This document shows, in pieces, positions 1 to 9,503 of a DNA stretch of 32,000 nt. Position 1 is the stretch's first letter, and each line of letters opens with the position of its first letter. Under the pieces are notes generated by a model. That model was not told where the DNA came from, made no database searches, and worked only from the letters and a program-made list of their open reading frames with translations. This stretch comes from a cyanobacterium endosymbiont of Braarudosphaera bigelowii. Its GTDB lineage: Bacteria > Cyanobacteriota > Cyanobacteriia > Cyanobacteriales > Microcystaceae. The translations under genes were made by a program, and so were the position numbers. The stretch covers positions 210,001-242,000 of the forward strand of contig NZ_AP024987.1 in NCBI RefSeq assembly GCF_020885515.1, in the 5' to 3' direction.

Positions 1-283
1 ATACTTATAACAATACTTTAAATAACTTAACTAGAATCTAAAGATACTTTAGATGTATACTTAGGTATGGACGTTATCTAATTCGCCAATTTTAATAAAT
101 TATTAGCTTTTAAGTTTAAACAAAAATCTTTTGAGAAACTAGATAGGGCTAACTTATAAAAATCGAATTAAAGAAAACGATATATTCAAAGATCAAATAA
201 AAATTTTGATTAAATTAATGAGTAAATAGTAGGTAAAATGCCTCACCATGACAAAGGGGAACCATAAAGGAGTTGACTTATAA

Positions 284-826
284 ATGTTAGTACATACCCT
301 ATCTGTTACTGCAGGACTTGCAAGTCTATTTCTTTACTTATCAGCATTTTTTTTTCCTAGATTACATAGAAAAGATGATTTTTTCTGGAGTGGCCTTGGA
401 CTATTTTACTCCTTATCTCTCTGGATCTGTGTAGAAGAAGTGACAGAAGGTTTATTATTAGGACAATTATGTATTTTAATTTTAGTCTTATCTTTTGGAT
501 GGCAAAATTTTCGGTTGAGAAATACAATGATTAATTTAGAGCATCAAACAAACTTTACTGAGTTTTCTTTTCTAGGCTGGATTCAACATCTTTTAAAAAG
601 ACAGTCTTTTTTTTCTACAGTTTCATCTAATAAGAATAAAAAACCTGGTTTTAACTATCGTAAAAAAGAATTGAATTTAGAGAAAAAAAATACTATAGAA
701 AATGAAGATATCGGTATTTCTAAGGAGACACAAAATAAAATTCTCTTAGATTTAGATGAGGAAAAAATATCTAATACAGAAAATAAAAGCTTTTCGTTTA
801 AATCTCTTTTTCCATTTAGTAAATGA
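284..826 (+). CDS. ycf66: Ycf66 family protein, probably truncated at its C-terminus
   Basis: 180-aa ORF with hydrophobic N-terminal helices and a segment resembling Ycf66 (FYSLSLWICVEEVTEGLLLGQLCILILVLSFGWQNFRLR). The frame stays open for 61 codons after the TGA. Confidence 0.6.
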   Translation: MLVHTLSVTAGLASLFLYLSAFFFPRLHRKDDFFWSGLGLFYSLSLWICVEEVTEGLLLGQLCILILVLSFGWQNFRLRNTMINLEHQTNFTEFSFLGWIQHLLKRQSFFSTVSSNKNKKPGFNYRKKELNLEKKNTIENEDIGISKETQNKILLDLDEEKISNTENKSFSFKSLFPFSK

Positions 827-1178
827 AGTTTACAACTTGCTCCTAAAATATCAGAACATAACATAAATAAGAAATTATTAGATTCTCAGAATACAGATTT
901 TGAGTCGAATAAGAAGTTTAAATATCCTAAAATTCAAATTATCGAAAACCAAGAAAAGGTTATCAATTATGATGAAAATTTTATAGATAAAACTAAAAAA
1001 GAGCAATCCTAATAAAATTAGGAAATAAGAATATTATCAACACCTATAAAAAATATTCGATTTCTAAACAGCCTATTTTTTCTTTTTTATTTATATTTTA
1101 AAACCATTTTAATTTTTGTGTTTTCTTAATGTTTAAAAAATATGATTGATAATATTTGAGATATATTTCACACTAATT

Positions 1179-2228
1179 TTAATCTTGTTTAACGATAGAA
1201 ACCCAAGGATCCAAAATATCTTTAAATAAGATCTCTTCAACCCATGTTTTAGCAACTACTGCCAAAGGGAGAGCTAATAATAAACCTAATACACCAAAAA
1301 ATTGAGCAAAAAATATTTGTACTACTAAAGTAACAACGGGAAGCAATGATACCTGCTTAGCCATTACTAAGGGAGTTAACCAATAGCTTTCAACATTTTG
1401 AATAATAATATACCAAAGAATAATTGCTCCTATTTTCCATGGTTCATCTAGTAGTGCTACCATTAATGGAAAAATTACACTTGTAACTGGACCAATATTA
1501 GGAATAAAGTTAAGTAGTCCTGCTAGTAATGCATGAACTAATACTAATCTAATTTGTAAAAACCATAGTCCTAATCCACTTAGTGTTCCAATAAATAAAC
1601 AATTTACAATGATCCCTATTAACCAATTTCCTAAAGCATTTTCGGAAAGTGTCAAAATTTCATCTCCACGTTGTCGATAAAATGATGGAAAAAGCTTTAA
1701 GAATATACAACGGTATCTATGAGGATTTAAAATCATCATTATAGTTAATATAAAAATAAAAATAAGTTGTAAGATAATCGTCAAAGAATTAGAAAAAATT
1801 GTAAAAAAGTTTGAAAAAATATCTGTAAATAAAGGCTGTAACTGAGAAAATAAGTCATCTAGAGAAGGAGGTGATGGCATTAAAGATAGATAACCTTGAT
1901 TCTCTAAGAGTAAAATTAAATAACTGCGTAGTTTTTCTCCAATATTAGGTAATAAACTTAGCAATTTTTGAAATTGATCGAAAAAGGGAGGAACTATTAA
2001 CCAGCTAAATAAAATACTGGATATGGTGATTATAAAAATAATAATTAAAATTCCTAAAACTCTTGGAATTCTGATTTTTTCTAGCAATTTAATCAATCTA
2101 TTTATAGCTGTAGCAAAAATAACAGCTGTAAATATTAACAACAACATATGTTTGATTTCCCATAAAATGTAACAAGAAATAACTAAACTGAATAACCCTA
2201 TCCATTTACCAATATTCATGAAAATCAA
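1179..2228 (-). CDS. AI-2E transporter (PerM/YdiK) family membrane protein
   Basis: 349-aa multi-span protein. The C-terminal half has a family-like signature (LLAGLLNFIPNIGPVTSVIFPLMVALL ... FAQFFGVLGLLLALPLAVVAKTWVEE). Confidence 0.85.
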   Translation of the reverse strand: MIFMNIGKWIGLFSLVISCYILWEIKHMLLLIFTAVIFATAINRLIKLLEKIRIPRVLGILIIIFIITISSILFSWLIVPPFFDQFQKLLSLLPNIGEKLRSYLILLLENQGYLSLMPSPPSLDDLFSQLQPLFTDIFSNFFTIFSNSLTIILQLIFIFILTIMMILNPHRYRCIFLKLFPSFYRQRGDEILTLSENALGNWLIGIIVNCLFIGTLSGLGLWFLQIRLVLVHALLAGLLNFIPNIGPVTSVIFPLMVALLDEPWKIGAIILWYIIIQNVESYWLTPLVMAKQVSLLPVVTLVVQIFFAQFFGVLGLLLALPLAVVAKTWVEEILFKDILDPWVSIVKQD

Positions 2229-2790
2229 ATGTAATTTTTCTATCTAAAATAATGTTTTTTAATAATTATATATATTTATTACTTTAATCATTATAGGTTT
2301 CATATAGATAAAGTTATATATTGTACATAATAAAAATAATATTAGTTTTTAAGTAGTTTTTTAACTCACTAAAAATTATAAAACTAATCAAAACTTGTAT
2401 AAGTTGTATATGTATATGTTTTATGTACTAAATAGCTTCTATAAAATATTGAGTTATTTTCTGACTAAATATTTTTATGAAAGTTATCTGTTAAGGTCTG
2501 ATAAATTTATGATTATATTTTCATTTATTTAAAAATCTAGATGTTATACAAATTATTTATTAATCATAATTTATTGCCGAGATATATTTTAAGTTGATAA
2601 GATTTATTGAACATAATATTGTTATCATAACCATACATTTAATATACAATTCTTGAGATAGTTTTAATAAACTCAGGCTATTTTAAACATCAATAAGCAA
2701 TAATTGCGATACACTATCCTGAGTGTACAAAAAATAATGAGACATAGCTTTATAGAAACAATTAACATTAACTATTATAAAAAAACGTTT

Positions 2791-3525
2791 ATGATTGATA
2801 TTAAAGCTGTAATTTTGGCAGGTGGATATGGAACCAGAATTAAACACTTAATTTCTGATATTCCCAAGCCAATGTTTCGAGTCGCGGATAGGCCATTCAT
2901 AGAGTGGATTATTTTTCATATTAGACAACAAGGCATTAATAAGGGCATTATATCAACTGGTTATTTAGGAGAGGTTATCGAGGAATATTTTAATAAATGT
3001 AAAATAAGCGGAATCAATATCAATTGCTGTCAGGAGAAAACACGATTAGGAACAGCAGGAGGTTTTATACATGCCGTTAAACAAAGTAATTTACATCCTG
3101 AAGCATGGTTAGTCATGAATGGTGATTCTCTAGTAGCAAATAATTTTGAAAAGTTAGTTAGCTATTTAGACGATCAAGAAGTAGGATGTGTCATATTAGG
3201 AATATCTGTAGATGACACTTCTCGCTATGGCTCTCTGGTTTGTGATAATTCGAATAATCTACTTCATTTCTCGGAGAAAGAACATGGTCAGGGATGTATT
3301 AATGGTGGAATATATATATTTCGTCATAGAATCTTAGAATATTTTCCTTCAAAATATCCTCTTAGCTTTGAGTATGATGTTTTTCCAACATTATTACAAC
3401 AAAATATTAAAATTAAAGTTTGTGAGGTTCAATCTCCATTTTTAGATATTGGAACTCCAGAAACTTTAACACAAGCTGAAAAATTTATTAAAGAAAACTT
3501 TACTAATTTAATTAAACCATGCTGA
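2791..3525 (+). CDS. Sugar-phosphate nucleotidyltransferase, HddC-like (D-glycero-D-manno-heptose 1-phosphate guanylyltransferase type)
   Basis: MIDIKAVILAGGYGTRIKHLISDIPKPMFRVADRP is a nucleotidyltransferase signature. The ORF track starts at TTG 2704, but ATG 2791 fits the family N-terminus better. Confidence 0.75.
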   Translation: MIDIKAVILAGGYGTRIKHLISDIPKPMFRVADRPFIEWIIFHIRQQGINKGIISTGYLGEVIEEYFNKCKISGININCCQEKTRLGTAGGFIHAVKQSNLHPEAWLVMNGDSLVANNFEKLVSYLDDQEVGCVILGISVDDTSRYGSLVCDNSNNLLHFSEKEHGQGCINGGIYIFRHRILEYFPSKYPLSFEYDVFPTLLQQNIKIKVCEVQSPFLDIGTPETLTQAEKFIKENFTNLIKPC

Positions 3526-4499
3526 TTGCACGTGCCCCTGTTAGAATAAGCTTTTTTGGAGGAGGAACAGATTATCCTGAACATTTTCTTCGCCATGGAG
3601 GAGCTGTTTTATCAACAGCAATTGATAAATTTTCATATGTAACTGCAAGTCCTTTTCCCAGTCATCTTTTTGATTATTTGGTTCGCATATCCTATCGTAA
3701 AGTTGAGTTGGTTAAAACAATTGATGATGTCGAACATAAAGTATTCCGCGAATGCTTAAAATTTTGCAATTTGGAGAAGGATATTGAATTACATAATGTA
3801 GCAGACTTACCTGCTTTTACAGGACTTGGCTCATCGTCAGCTTTTACTGTATCTTTATTGCAAGCGTTGCATAATTTTAAGGGAGAATTTATTAAACCTT
3901 TAGATCTAGCTTATGAAGCAATTTATGTAGAACGTCATTTAGTCAAAGATAATGTAGGATGTCAAGATCAATTAATGTCTGCAGTAGGGGGATTTAATCT
4001 AGTAGAATTTAGAACAGAAGAAAATATCATTGTTAACCGAGTAGATATTTCTCCTCAAAGATTAGCTGAATTTGAGTCTCATATTTTTATTGTATTTACT
4101 GGTATTAAAAGACGTGCTTCTCAAGTAGTAGAGAAACAACTTAGGCGAGTAGAAGATAATCTCGAAACTCTTAAGAAGATGCGTAAAATGGTTGATCAAG
4201 GCTGGGACATTCTTACTAGTAATGAGTCATTTTCAAAATTTGGTGAATTGTTACATGATGCTTGGATAGCTAAAAGAAGTTTAGATCAGGGTATTTCGAA
4301 TCCAGAAATAGATTATCTGTATGAACTTGGACGGGAAAATGGAGCTTGGGGCGGTAAACTCCTAGGGGCAGGAGCAGGTGGGTTCCTATTGTTTTTTGCA
4401 TCACCTGAAGTTCATCCGAAACTAGAGCAAGTTTTCAAAAATCATCAGATACTTTCTGTTAAAATCAATTCACCAGGTTCTCAGGTTATTTTTTCATAA
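3519..4499 (+). CDS. GHMP-family sugar kinase, HddA-like (D-glycero-D-manno-heptose 7-phosphate kinase type)
   Basis: RAPVRISFFGGGTDYPEHF N-terminus, GLGSSSAFTVSLL phosphate-binding loop, and KLLGAGAGGFLLFF C-terminal motif. Overlaps the upstream CDS by 7 nt (ATGCTGA). Confidence 0.8.
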   Translation: MLIARAPVRISFFGGGTDYPEHFLRHGGAVLSTAIDKFSYVTASPFPSHLFDYLVRISYRKVELVKTIDDVEHKVFRECLKFCNLEKDIELHNVADLPAFTGLGSSSAFTVSLLQALHNFKGEFIKPLDLAYEAIYVERHLVKDNVGCQDQLMSAVGGFNLVEFRTEENIIVNRVDISPQRLAEFESHIFIVFTGIKRRASQVVEKQLRRVEDNLETLKKMRKMVDQGWDILTSNESFSKFGELLHDAWIAKRSLDQGISNPEIDYLYELGRENGAWGGKLLGAGAGGFLLFFASPEVHPKLEQVFKNHQILSVKINSPGSQVIFS

Positions 4500-5193
4500 A
4501 TTCATAATATATTGTATGAAAAAGAAATAATTAATAGTTTTTATATGTTGTTTTAGTGGACCTTTATTAAAGGTGATTATTGATATATCTATTAGCGGCT
4601 TAAATCTAAATAAAGCTTATTCCAAACTAGAAAGAAGAACCTAAATTAAACAATTAATCTTGGTTAATAATATCTTTCTGACTATAAATTAATTTGTCAG
4701 ATAGGATAATCATTCAATTATTTTGAAATAGTCTATATTACTAATATTTGCCTACTTACTCTAATTCAAAATTAATTATTTTAAGCAATTCTGGTTCATA
4801 AAGTATTAAAAGTTATATGGTAGTCAATATTAACCTTAAAATGAGTATTGATTTATTTTTTTCTAGTATTTTCAGAAAATAAGTCTTATTCTATGAGATT
4901 TAGACACAACATAATATCAATGATATAGACATAAAATTTAGTTTTTAAAGAGTTGCAAGTAACGAAGAAGTTGTGTTTACTCTGCTTTCTATATTTATTT
5001 AATCATCTTAATCTGTAAAATTAATTAGAAATAATGATGCAGTTTGGTTAAAAATTATATGTAAATATTTCTATGAGTACATTTTAAAAATATTAGCAGA
5101 ATTTATTTTTAATAAAAAAGAAAGTAATCTTGAGAATAACTAGCATACTCATAACCATATAGAATGAAGTAATCTAAAACAATAATTAATTAT

Positions 5194-5757
5194 ATGCTTG
5201 AATTTATTAATATTCATCGTATTAAGAATTTTTTAATTGCTATCGTTGCTATTATTCTTGGAGTAACTATATTTCTTGGTTTTCAGACCCAGACAAATTC
5301 TTTTTCTTTAGAATTTCAAGCTAAGCAAGCTATTTCTATGAATGCTGCAATGATGAATAATAAACCAACAGTATTAGAGTTCTACTCTACATGGTGTACA
5401 AGTTGTAAAGCAATGTCTTCAAATTTAGCTAAATTTAAGGAAGAATATTCTAAAACTATTAATTTTGTTATGCTCAATGTAGATAACAATAAATGGTTAC
5501 CTGATATTCTTCATTATCAAATTAATGGTATTCCGTATTTTGTTTTTATGGATTATCAGAATAATATAGTTGCTCAAACAATTGGGGAACAACCTTTTGA
5601 CGTTATGAAGGCCAATTTAGAGGCTTTAGATAAAAATAAAAAATTACCTTACACCTATATAACTGGTAAAAACTCTAATTTTTCCGCTACCATACAAACT
5701 TCTTCAGATAGCCCTTTAAGTCATGGTTATAAGCCTTCAAATCAATCATTAAAATAA
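5194..5757 (+). CDS. txlA: Membrane-anchored thioredoxin-domain protein, TxlA/HCF164-like
   Basis: N-terminal transmembrane helix, FYSTWCTSCKAM (CxxC active site), and GIPYFVFMD cis-Pro motif. Confidence 0.7.
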   Translation: MLEFINIHRIKNFLIAIVAIILGVTIFLGFQTQTNSFSLEFQAKQAISMNAAMMNNKPTVLEFYSTWCTSCKAMSSNLAKFKEEYSKTINFVMLNVDNNKWLPDILHYQINGIPYFVFMDYQNNIVAQTIGEQPFDVMKANLEALDKNKKLPYTYITGKNSNFSATIQTSSDSPLSHGYKPSNQSLK

Positions 5758-5787
5758 TCTTTTTTTATTTTGTGCTACTATACTTTT

Positions 5788-5966
5788 ACGAACTGCTGTT
5801 TTGGTGACTGCCAAAAGAGTTTTTTGACTATGCTCTAAATTTAAGGGATTTAATTTAGATATTGTAGAAGTAAACCAAGCTTAGACTTGGAAACAGAATC
5901 GATAATCAATTAATGCCCACCTGGTTTTCCAGGTCATAAACTGAGGTAAAACGATACGGCAGTTCT
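5788..5966 (+). ncRNA. Candidate structured non-coding RNA; 6S RNA is the leading hypothesis
   Basis: No ORF. TACTAT -10-like box at about 5776-5781. Closing helix GAACTGCTGT (5790-5799) with ATACGGCAGTTC (5954-5965) gives 10 bp including one G-U. Internal hairpins: TTTTGG/CCAAAA (5799-5816; shares nt 5799 with the closing helix), CCAAG/CTTGG (5875-5890), ACCTGG-TTTT-CCAGGT (5919-5934). Size and closing helix resemble 6S, but I cannot confirm the family. Confidence 0.5.
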
Positions 5967-6123
5967 TAAAAACATCTGTATTATAAAAAATATAGATAAA
6001 ATGAAAATTATTTAACAAATCTAATTTAAATAATTGGAGATATTATATTATTAGCAATAATATTTTTCTTAATTTGATAAAAATAAATTAGCTTTTATAA
6101 GTTATAGACTTAGTTGTTGAAGG

Positions 6124-6175
6124 ATATATAAATCCTGTGATAGCTTTTTAAATAACCATCCCAGGATTTATATAT
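6124..6175. terminator. Inverted repeat / candidate terminator 3' of ndhH
   Basis: 14-bp perfect inverted repeat: ATATATAAATCCTG (6124-6137) / CAGGATTTATATAT (6162-6175), 11 bp beyond the ndhH stop. Confidence 0.5.
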
Positions 6176-6186
6176 ATTATTCGTAG

Positions 6187-7371
6187 TTAACGATCCACCG
6201 AACCCATAATGACATCAATACTACCTAAGATTGCCATAATATCAGCTACTTTTACTCCTTTAAGTAAATGAGGTAGAATCTGCAAATTATTGAAGTCAGG
6301 AGCACGAATTTTCCAGCGCCATGGGAAAACATCATTATTACCAATAATAAAGATTCCTAATTCTCCTTTTCCACTTTCTAGGCGAACATAATGTTCACCA
6401 GATGGAATTTTAAATGTAGGAGCAACTTTCTTGGCTATGTATTGATAGTCGAAATCGTCCCATTGAGACTTTTTCCCTTCTATCATACGCTTCGCCTCTA
6501 AATTTTCATAAGGTCCTCCTGGAATACCCTTAAGAGCTTGACAGATGATTTTAGCTGATTCACGCATTTCTTTAATACGAACAAAATAGCGAGCTAAGCA
6601 ATCTCCTTCTGTCTCCCACTGTATATCCCAGTCAAAGTCATCATAACATTCATAATGATCAACTTTTCGGAGATCCCACTTTACGCCAGAGCCACGCAGC
6701 ATAGGACCAGATAGCCCCCAGTTGATAGCTTCCTCTCGAGTAATCTTTCCTATTCCTTCTATACGACGTCGGAAAATAGGATTATTAGTAATTAACTTTT
6801 CATACTCATCCACTTTAGTTTTAAAGTGATTGCAGAAGTCCTCACACTTGTCGATCCAACCATATGGTAAATCAACTGCTACTCCTCCAATACGAAAGTA
6901 ATTATTATTAATTAATCTCATTCCCGAAGCTGCTTCCCAAAGATCGTAAATCATTTCACGTTCTCGGAAAATATAGAAAAAAGGAGTCGTTGCACCCACA
7001 TCTGCTAAGAAAGGGCCTAACCACAATAAATGGTTAGCAATACGATTCAATTCCAACATGATGACCCGAATATATTGGGCACGTTTTGGAACTTGAATAT
7101 TTGCCAGTTTTTCTGGCGCATTTACAGTAATCGCCTCATTAAACATTCCAGCCGCATAATCCCAACGACTTACATAAGGAACGTACATAATATTGGTACG
7201 ATTTTCTGCAATTTTCTCCATCCCACGGTGAAGATACCCAATAACAGGTTCACAGTCTACTACATCTTCCCCGTCTAGGGTAACGATCAGACGTAGTACC
7301 CCATGCATTGAGGGATGATGTGGCCCCATGTTTATTACCATGGGTTCGGTTCTAGTTTCGATTTTTGACAT
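6187..7371 (-). CDS. ndhH: NAD(P)H-quinone oxidoreductase subunit H (49 kDa-type)
   Basis: [44 protein letters not shown] and C-terminal IMGSVDR; full length at 394 aa. Confidence 0.97.
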   Translation of the reverse strand: MSKIETRTEPMVINMGPHHPSMHGVLRLIVTLDGEDVVDCEPVIGYLHRGMEKIAENRTNIMYVPYVSRWDYAAGMFNEAITVNAPEKLANIQVPKRAQYIRVIMLELNRIANHLLWLGPFLADVGATTPFFYIFREREMIYDLWEAASGMRLINNNYFRIGGVAVDLPYGWIDKCEDFCNHFKTKVDEYEKLITNNPIFRRRIEGIGKITREEAINWGLSGPMLRGSGVKWDLRKVDHYECYDDFDWDIQWETEGDCLARYFVRIKEMRESAKIICQALKGIPGGPYENLEAKRMIEGKKSQWDDFDYQYIAKKVAPTFKIPSGEHYVRLESGKGELGIFIIGNNDVFPWRWKIRAPDFNNLQILPHLLKGVKVADIMAILGSIDVIMGSVDR

Positions 7372-7913
7372 AGAGTGGCCAGTTGATCGTCATCATCTAT
7401 TCTAGAATAACAGGGCAGCTTTCACATAGCTTTACAATAAAAATTGTCTCTACAAATTAAGAATAATTTTAGTAAACAAAAGATTAGTCATGAAAACAGT
7501 AAACTAATCAAACGGTAAATTACTAGTCATTGACTATTAATCTTAGAACTATTTATATTAGTCTAGATAATTAAACGCTAATTTGAAAATCAATGTAGAT
7601 GTATCTTTTGGAAGACAATTATTAAATTACTGAAATAATATTATTGTACACTCGATATACAATAGAAATATGTTGTGGTTAGAAAATTTAAGTGACTATA
7701 ATCAAGACCAGATTAAGTCAAAAGTAACTTTTTTGTTTAGCTATATAAAATAACACTATTTGACTTAATCATAACTCTTAGTATTTTTCGAATGTTATTT
7801 AAATTTAATAATTATTTTTCATATCTTTTCAACATAATTTGAACTTTTGTGTTAACGTTCGATACATAATAATTTTCAGGTTTCTTATAATGTAAATCTG
7901 GTGATCATAACTT

Positions 7914-9290
7914 ATGCGCATCAGTCTATTAGAGCAAATATTACGTAAAATTAAGACGAAACGGCGGGATTTAATAAATATAAGTCAAAAAACTCCAAAG
8001 AAAGTCAATAGATGGATGAAATGGCTTTCTCCTGGCTTATTAATTAAGCGCTGGCTATTTATTAGTTCTACAGGTGTATTGCTAATAGTTTTGGGGTTGG
8101 CTACTTGGAGCAAGTTAACACCAGTCAACAGATTACTAGAATTAATTTCTCAACTGCTCGAAAACATTACGACTCGTGTTCCTAATTATATATCTGGTCC
8201 AGGAGCTTTTTTGTTAGGAATATTCTTACTTTTATGGGGACAAAATCGTACTTTAGTCTCTATTACTGAGGCCTTTTCTGACGGAGATCAGGAATTAGTT
8301 GATCGTCTTTTAAATCATAGGCGTTTAAATCGTGGACCAAAAATCGTAACAATTGGTGGAGGTACGGGATTATCTACTTTATTAAGAGGTTTAAAGCAGT
8401 ATAGTGCAAATATTACAGCTATTGTTACAGTAGCTGATGATGGTGGTTCTTCAGGAAGATTAAGAGAGGAGATAGGAGTTTTACCTCCTGGTGATATTCG
8501 TAATTGTATGACTGCTTTGGCTGATGAAGAAAAACTATTAACAGAATTATTTCAATATCGTTTTCAAGCAGGTGATGGTCTTACTGGTCATAGCTTTGGT
8601 AATTTATTCTTAACAGCTATGACAGCAATTACAGGAAAAGATTTTGAAAGAGCAATTGCTGCAAGTTCTAAAGTATTAGCAATACGAGGTAAAGTATTAC
8701 CAGCAACTTTAAGCGATGTTCGTTTGTGGGCAAAGTTAGATGATGGCCGTTTTATAGAAGGTGAGTCTCACATAACAGAAGCTGGTGGGAATATTATCCA
8801 GATTGGTTGCTTCCCCTCTAATCCACCTGCCCTACCTGCTGCATTACAGGCAATTAAAGAAGCAAATTACATAATAATAGGTCCTGGTAGTCTATATACT
8901 AGTGTCATCCCCAATCTTTTAGTCCCAGAAATTAGAGAAGCTTTGAAAAAAGCCAAAATTCCTCGAATCTATGTTAGTAATATTATGACTCAACCTGGCG
9001 AGACTGAAGGATACACAGTATCAGATCATATAAAAGCTATCGAGCAGGTTTGTGGGCAGAGAATATTTGATGCAGTTTTAGTACAACGTGTTCCTCCTTC
9101 TTCTCCTGCTTTAAAGCATTATGCTCTAGAAAACTGTCATCCTGTCTTACTAGATAAAGAAAGCGTAAAAGGATTAGGCTATCGTATAGTTTTAGCCAAT
9201 GTTATGGATGAAGATTCAACAACAATTAAGATTAGCCATCATCCTCAACGCTTAGCAAGAGTTTTGTTACGTTGGTATGGAAAGAATTAA
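7914..9290 (+). CDS. yvcK: Gluconeogenesis factor / YvcK-like (UPF0052, CofD-like) protein
   Basis: [33 protein letters not shown] and [12 protein letters not shown] motifs, with an N-terminal membrane region. Confidence 0.9.
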   Translation: MRISLLEQILRKIKTKRRDLINISQKTPKKVNRWMKWLSPGLLIKRWLFISSTGVLLIVLGLATWSKLTPVNRLLELISQLLENITTRVPNYISGPGAFLLGIFLLLWGQNRTLVSITEAFSDGDQELVDRLLNHRRLNRGPKIVTIGGGTGLSTLLRGLKQYSANITAIVTVADDGGSSGRLREEIGVLPPGDIRNCMTALADEEKLLTELFQYRFQAGDGLTGHSFGNLFLTAMTAITGKDFERAIAASSKVLAIRGKVLPATLSDVRLWAKLDDGRFIEGESHITEAGGNIIQIGCFPSNPPALPAALQAIKEANYIIIGPGSLYTSVIPNLLVPEIREALKKAKIPRIYVSNIMTQPGETEGYTVSDHIKAIEQVCGQRIFDAVLVQRVPPSSPALKHYALENCHPVLLDKESVKGLGYRIVLANVMDEDSTTIKISHHPQRLARVLLRWYGKN

Positions 9291-9503
9291 GATAACATTA
9301 AAATCATAGTCTATCAATATTTGGTAACTATAAAAAAATATCAACAACTGACTTTCTAATTTAAATAGATACTATAAATTATTTCACCATAATTTGTAAT
9401 ACCTATTTCATAAACTATAATTAAAAATTAAGAAAGAATGAAAAACCAATTATCGCAAGTGATAAGACGAATTTATTCTTAAAATATTACAAATATTAAT
9501 AAT

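Noticed and set aside
655-864. Minus-strand ORF of 69 aa overlapping the ycf66-like gene
   Set aside because: Antisense shadow of a real CDS with low-complexity translation and no recognisable domain.
1007-1023. TCCTAAT-AAA-ATTAGGA hairpin at the end of the extended ycf66 frame
   Set aside because: Only a 7-bp stem with no U-tract; too weak to call alone, though it might terminate the extended gene.
7030-7278. Plus-strand ORF of 82 aa inside ndhH
   Set aside because: Antisense to a highly conserved gene; no independent support.
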